NCBI RefSeq assembly: GCF_036321535.1
Contig: NC_087437.1
Coordinates: 8,990,001-9,054,000, forward strand
DNA length: 64,000 nucleotides
DNA from: Camelus dromedarius
Lineage: Eukaryota
Reading direction: 5' to 3'
The first letter of the stretch is position 1; each line of letters begins with the position of its first letter. The position numbers and the translations under genes are program-made. Shown in pieces: positions 61,508 to 64,000 of the stretch. Below the pieces are notes generated by a model that was not told the DNA's origin, did no database searches, and saw only the letters and a list, made by a program, of their open reading frames with translations.

Positions 61508-63991
61508 AGAGTGATGTCACCAAGATGTCAGCATAAGTTGTTCCCATCTTAGCGTCCCCTCACAAGAACAACAGCCAACAGCCAGGCATAAACAAGACAG
61601 CACTGAGAGAATCCCAGGAAATGCTGGTGAGGCTGACACATCCCTGCGCTACAGAACCAACACGCTGAATTAGCAGGTAAACAGAAGCAGCTGCATACTG
61701 GCTGCATGGTGTCCCCGCTCCCCAGGCCAGGGCAGCTCCATGCAGAGGGGTCCCTGAGCCTCCAGTTCCTCTGGTGCGAACAGACAGCCCAGAAGGGACA
61801 AGCAATCCACCCCAGGATTGTGAGTTGTTCTGTGGGAGCCCCTCCTCTTAGCTTCACCCAACGATAAACCCTGGAAAATCTGTGAGGCGCAACCACTGGG
61901 AATCTGACTATGACACAGAATGGGGAGGGGCTCACAACCACCAGCATGTAGATCTCAGCAGACTGAATTTATACCTGGATAGGTCGCAACGCCCAAGGAC
62001 TACTCCCCAGCAGGGGCTTCGCTCAGTGGCAGAACCAAGCTGGTGGTGCTCTCTGACCAGCGAACTGTTTGGGCTGCAGATCTGCCTGATTCAGATCATC
62101 AAACAAGGAGTTTCCCTGGCCCGAGAGCCTGGTTTGTCCACACCCAGGCAGGGGGCTGAGTCACAGGTGCACCCTCCGCGGAGAGTATCTTCTGGCCCCT
62201 CCCGGCCAGACCAGCTGGAGAGAGCACCTGCCATGCTGTAAACAGCGACACTGGAGATGCAGGCAGGTGCGTGGAGCTAAGCCCGCCCAGAACAAAGCCA
62301 GTACGGGGCCTGAAGGGTTCCCCTGCCAGGACCGGGCCAGGGGCTTAATTCATAGCCAAGACTGAGGGTAGCTCTTGGCCCCTCTCAATCAGGAAGCCTG
62401 CTTGAAAACAATCAGGAATTGCTTGGAGTGACCCCTCTTACCCCTCCCAGGCAAGGGAGCTGCTACACAGCCCCACACACTGTGACTCCCTGGCCCCCCT
62501 GGGCCAGAGGGCTGGTGAGGACACCCAGGAGCTGTGGCGCCAGCAAAGCTTAAGGCTGCAGTCAGGTGAGCAGAGTTGACTGGGCCCAGAGCAAGCTCAG
62601 TACCAGGCAGGGAGTTTCCACTGTGACACTCAGGCAGGGGGAAGAAATTCCTACCTGAGGACGGGGGTAGCTAGCGCCTGACCCATTCCTGCTGAAACAC
62701 GTATTTGGGAACTATTAGGTGAGGCCAGAGTGGACTTTCCTCCTCCATGCGGCCAAGGGAACTGAGAAATAGCGCTACCTGCGTGGAAGGGTGTCTCCCA
62801 GCCGGACCCGTCTGGCCAGGAAGCTGTATAAGATGGCGATGTTCAAACCAAGACACGGGCAGACACAGCTGACAGTCTTCGGCCAGGGAAACTGAGGTGC
62901 AGGTCAGCTTGAGTTCAGACAATAGAGGGCTTTATTGGCTTAAAAGCTGCTGCTTCTGCTACGTCTGGAAAGGGAAACATTCACATCCCTGTTCATTACT
63001 GAATGCAGCCTTCAGCTGCTCAAGTCAGGAACTAACCAAACCTTGTGGCACATGCTCTTGCCAGCCTGTCTGGCCAGGGGAGGCAGGAAGATACTCCCCA
63101 CAGCTTGTGGGAAGCTGCACAGCACATCCAACACCCTGTGACAGTGATACTTGGAGCGAGAGCACAGCCCCCTGGCTTTCCCCATTTGCAGAGCAGGTCG
63201 GATTGCCATGAGGTGCAGCCCCTATGGAAAACGGCATGGAGGTTCCTCAAAAAATTACACATAGAACTACCATGTGACTCAGCAGTTCCACTTCTGGGAA
63301 TATATTCAAAGGAAATAAAAGCATTAATTTAAAAGGCTATCTGCTCCTCTGTGTTCATAGCAGCATCATTAAACAGTCGACTAAGACATGGAAATCACCG
63401 AAGGAACTACGGATGGATGCATGGATAAAGAAGTTGTGGTAAATATGTGTATATAATGGAATGTTGTTTAGCCATAAAAAATGAGGGAATCTTACCATTT
63501 GTGACAACATGGATGGACCTTTGGACCTTGAAGGCATTATGCTAAGTCAAAAAAGTCAGACAGAGAAAGACAAATACTGTATGATCTCACCTATGTGAAA
63601 TCAAAAACCAAAAAACAAAAACAAAGCACACTAGACTTACAGAAAAAGGGATCAGATTTATGGTTCCCCGATACGGGGGAGAGGAGAGGAGAACTGGAGA
63701 CAGTTAGTCAAAAGTTACAAACGTCCAGTTAGAAGATGAAAAAGTACTAGGGATGTGACGTACAACGTGAAGACAACGGTCATCACTGCTGTGTGATGCA
63801 CTGGAAAGTTGTTAAGAGAGTAGACCCTAAGTGTTGTCATCTCAAGGAGAATTTTTTTTATTTTCTTTATTGTCTATATGAGATGAGGGGTAGACCAACT
63901 GTGGTCATCATTTCACAATATATTAAATCAAATGCATCATGCTGCACACCTTAAACTCATGGTGATATATGTCAATTAATTCTCAATTAAC
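61508..63991 (+). mobile_element. L1 deletion derivative: 5'UTR joined directly to the ORF2 end and 3'UTR
   Basis: 5' end agagtgatgtcaccaagatg homologous to the 39035 copy; junction ~63212 into VQPLWKTAWRFLKKLHIELP; complete 3'UTR; candidate TSD aaaatgtca (61495-61503) / aaaatgtta (63992-64000, cut by the window edge). Confidence 0.85.
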
Positions 63992-64000
63992 AAAATGTTA

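Noticed and set aside
1..64000. CRISPR arrays, operons or other prokaryote-type systems
   Set aside because: The sequence is mammalian; no regularly spaced repeat-spacer array or gene-dense region is present.

Overview
Mammalian, AT-rich, repeat-dense non-coding DNA, probably camelid (inferred from the tRNA-derived SINE at 891-1031). I recognise no host protein-coding gene. The ORF track is explained by L1 ORF1/ORF2 remnants, a degenerate class I ERV pro-pol (10108-13420) and chance ORFs. The window is a layered retroelement deposit: many L1 fragments (several with clear target-site duplications, TSDs), solo LTRs, an ERV pol plus 3' LTR remnant, a long non-coding ERV internal region, and old MIR, L2, MaLR and hAT elements, with a few unique blocks between them. 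The most notable items are: (1) a TSD-flanked 5S rRNA/L1 chimeric retrocopy whose two parts are in opposite orientations (1294-1745); (2) two copies of one L1 family that keep both termini but have lost the enzymatic core (34352-39035 and 61508-63991); (3) a compact AP-1/GAS/ISRE/AP-1 motif cluster in unique sequence (29069-29154); (4) TSD-flanked tails that became microsatellites, one containing a perfect 17-bp hairpin. I found no convincing new multi-gene system. Repeat family names are recalled from memory and need RepeatMasker/Dfam confirmation; coordinates of old repeats are approximate.
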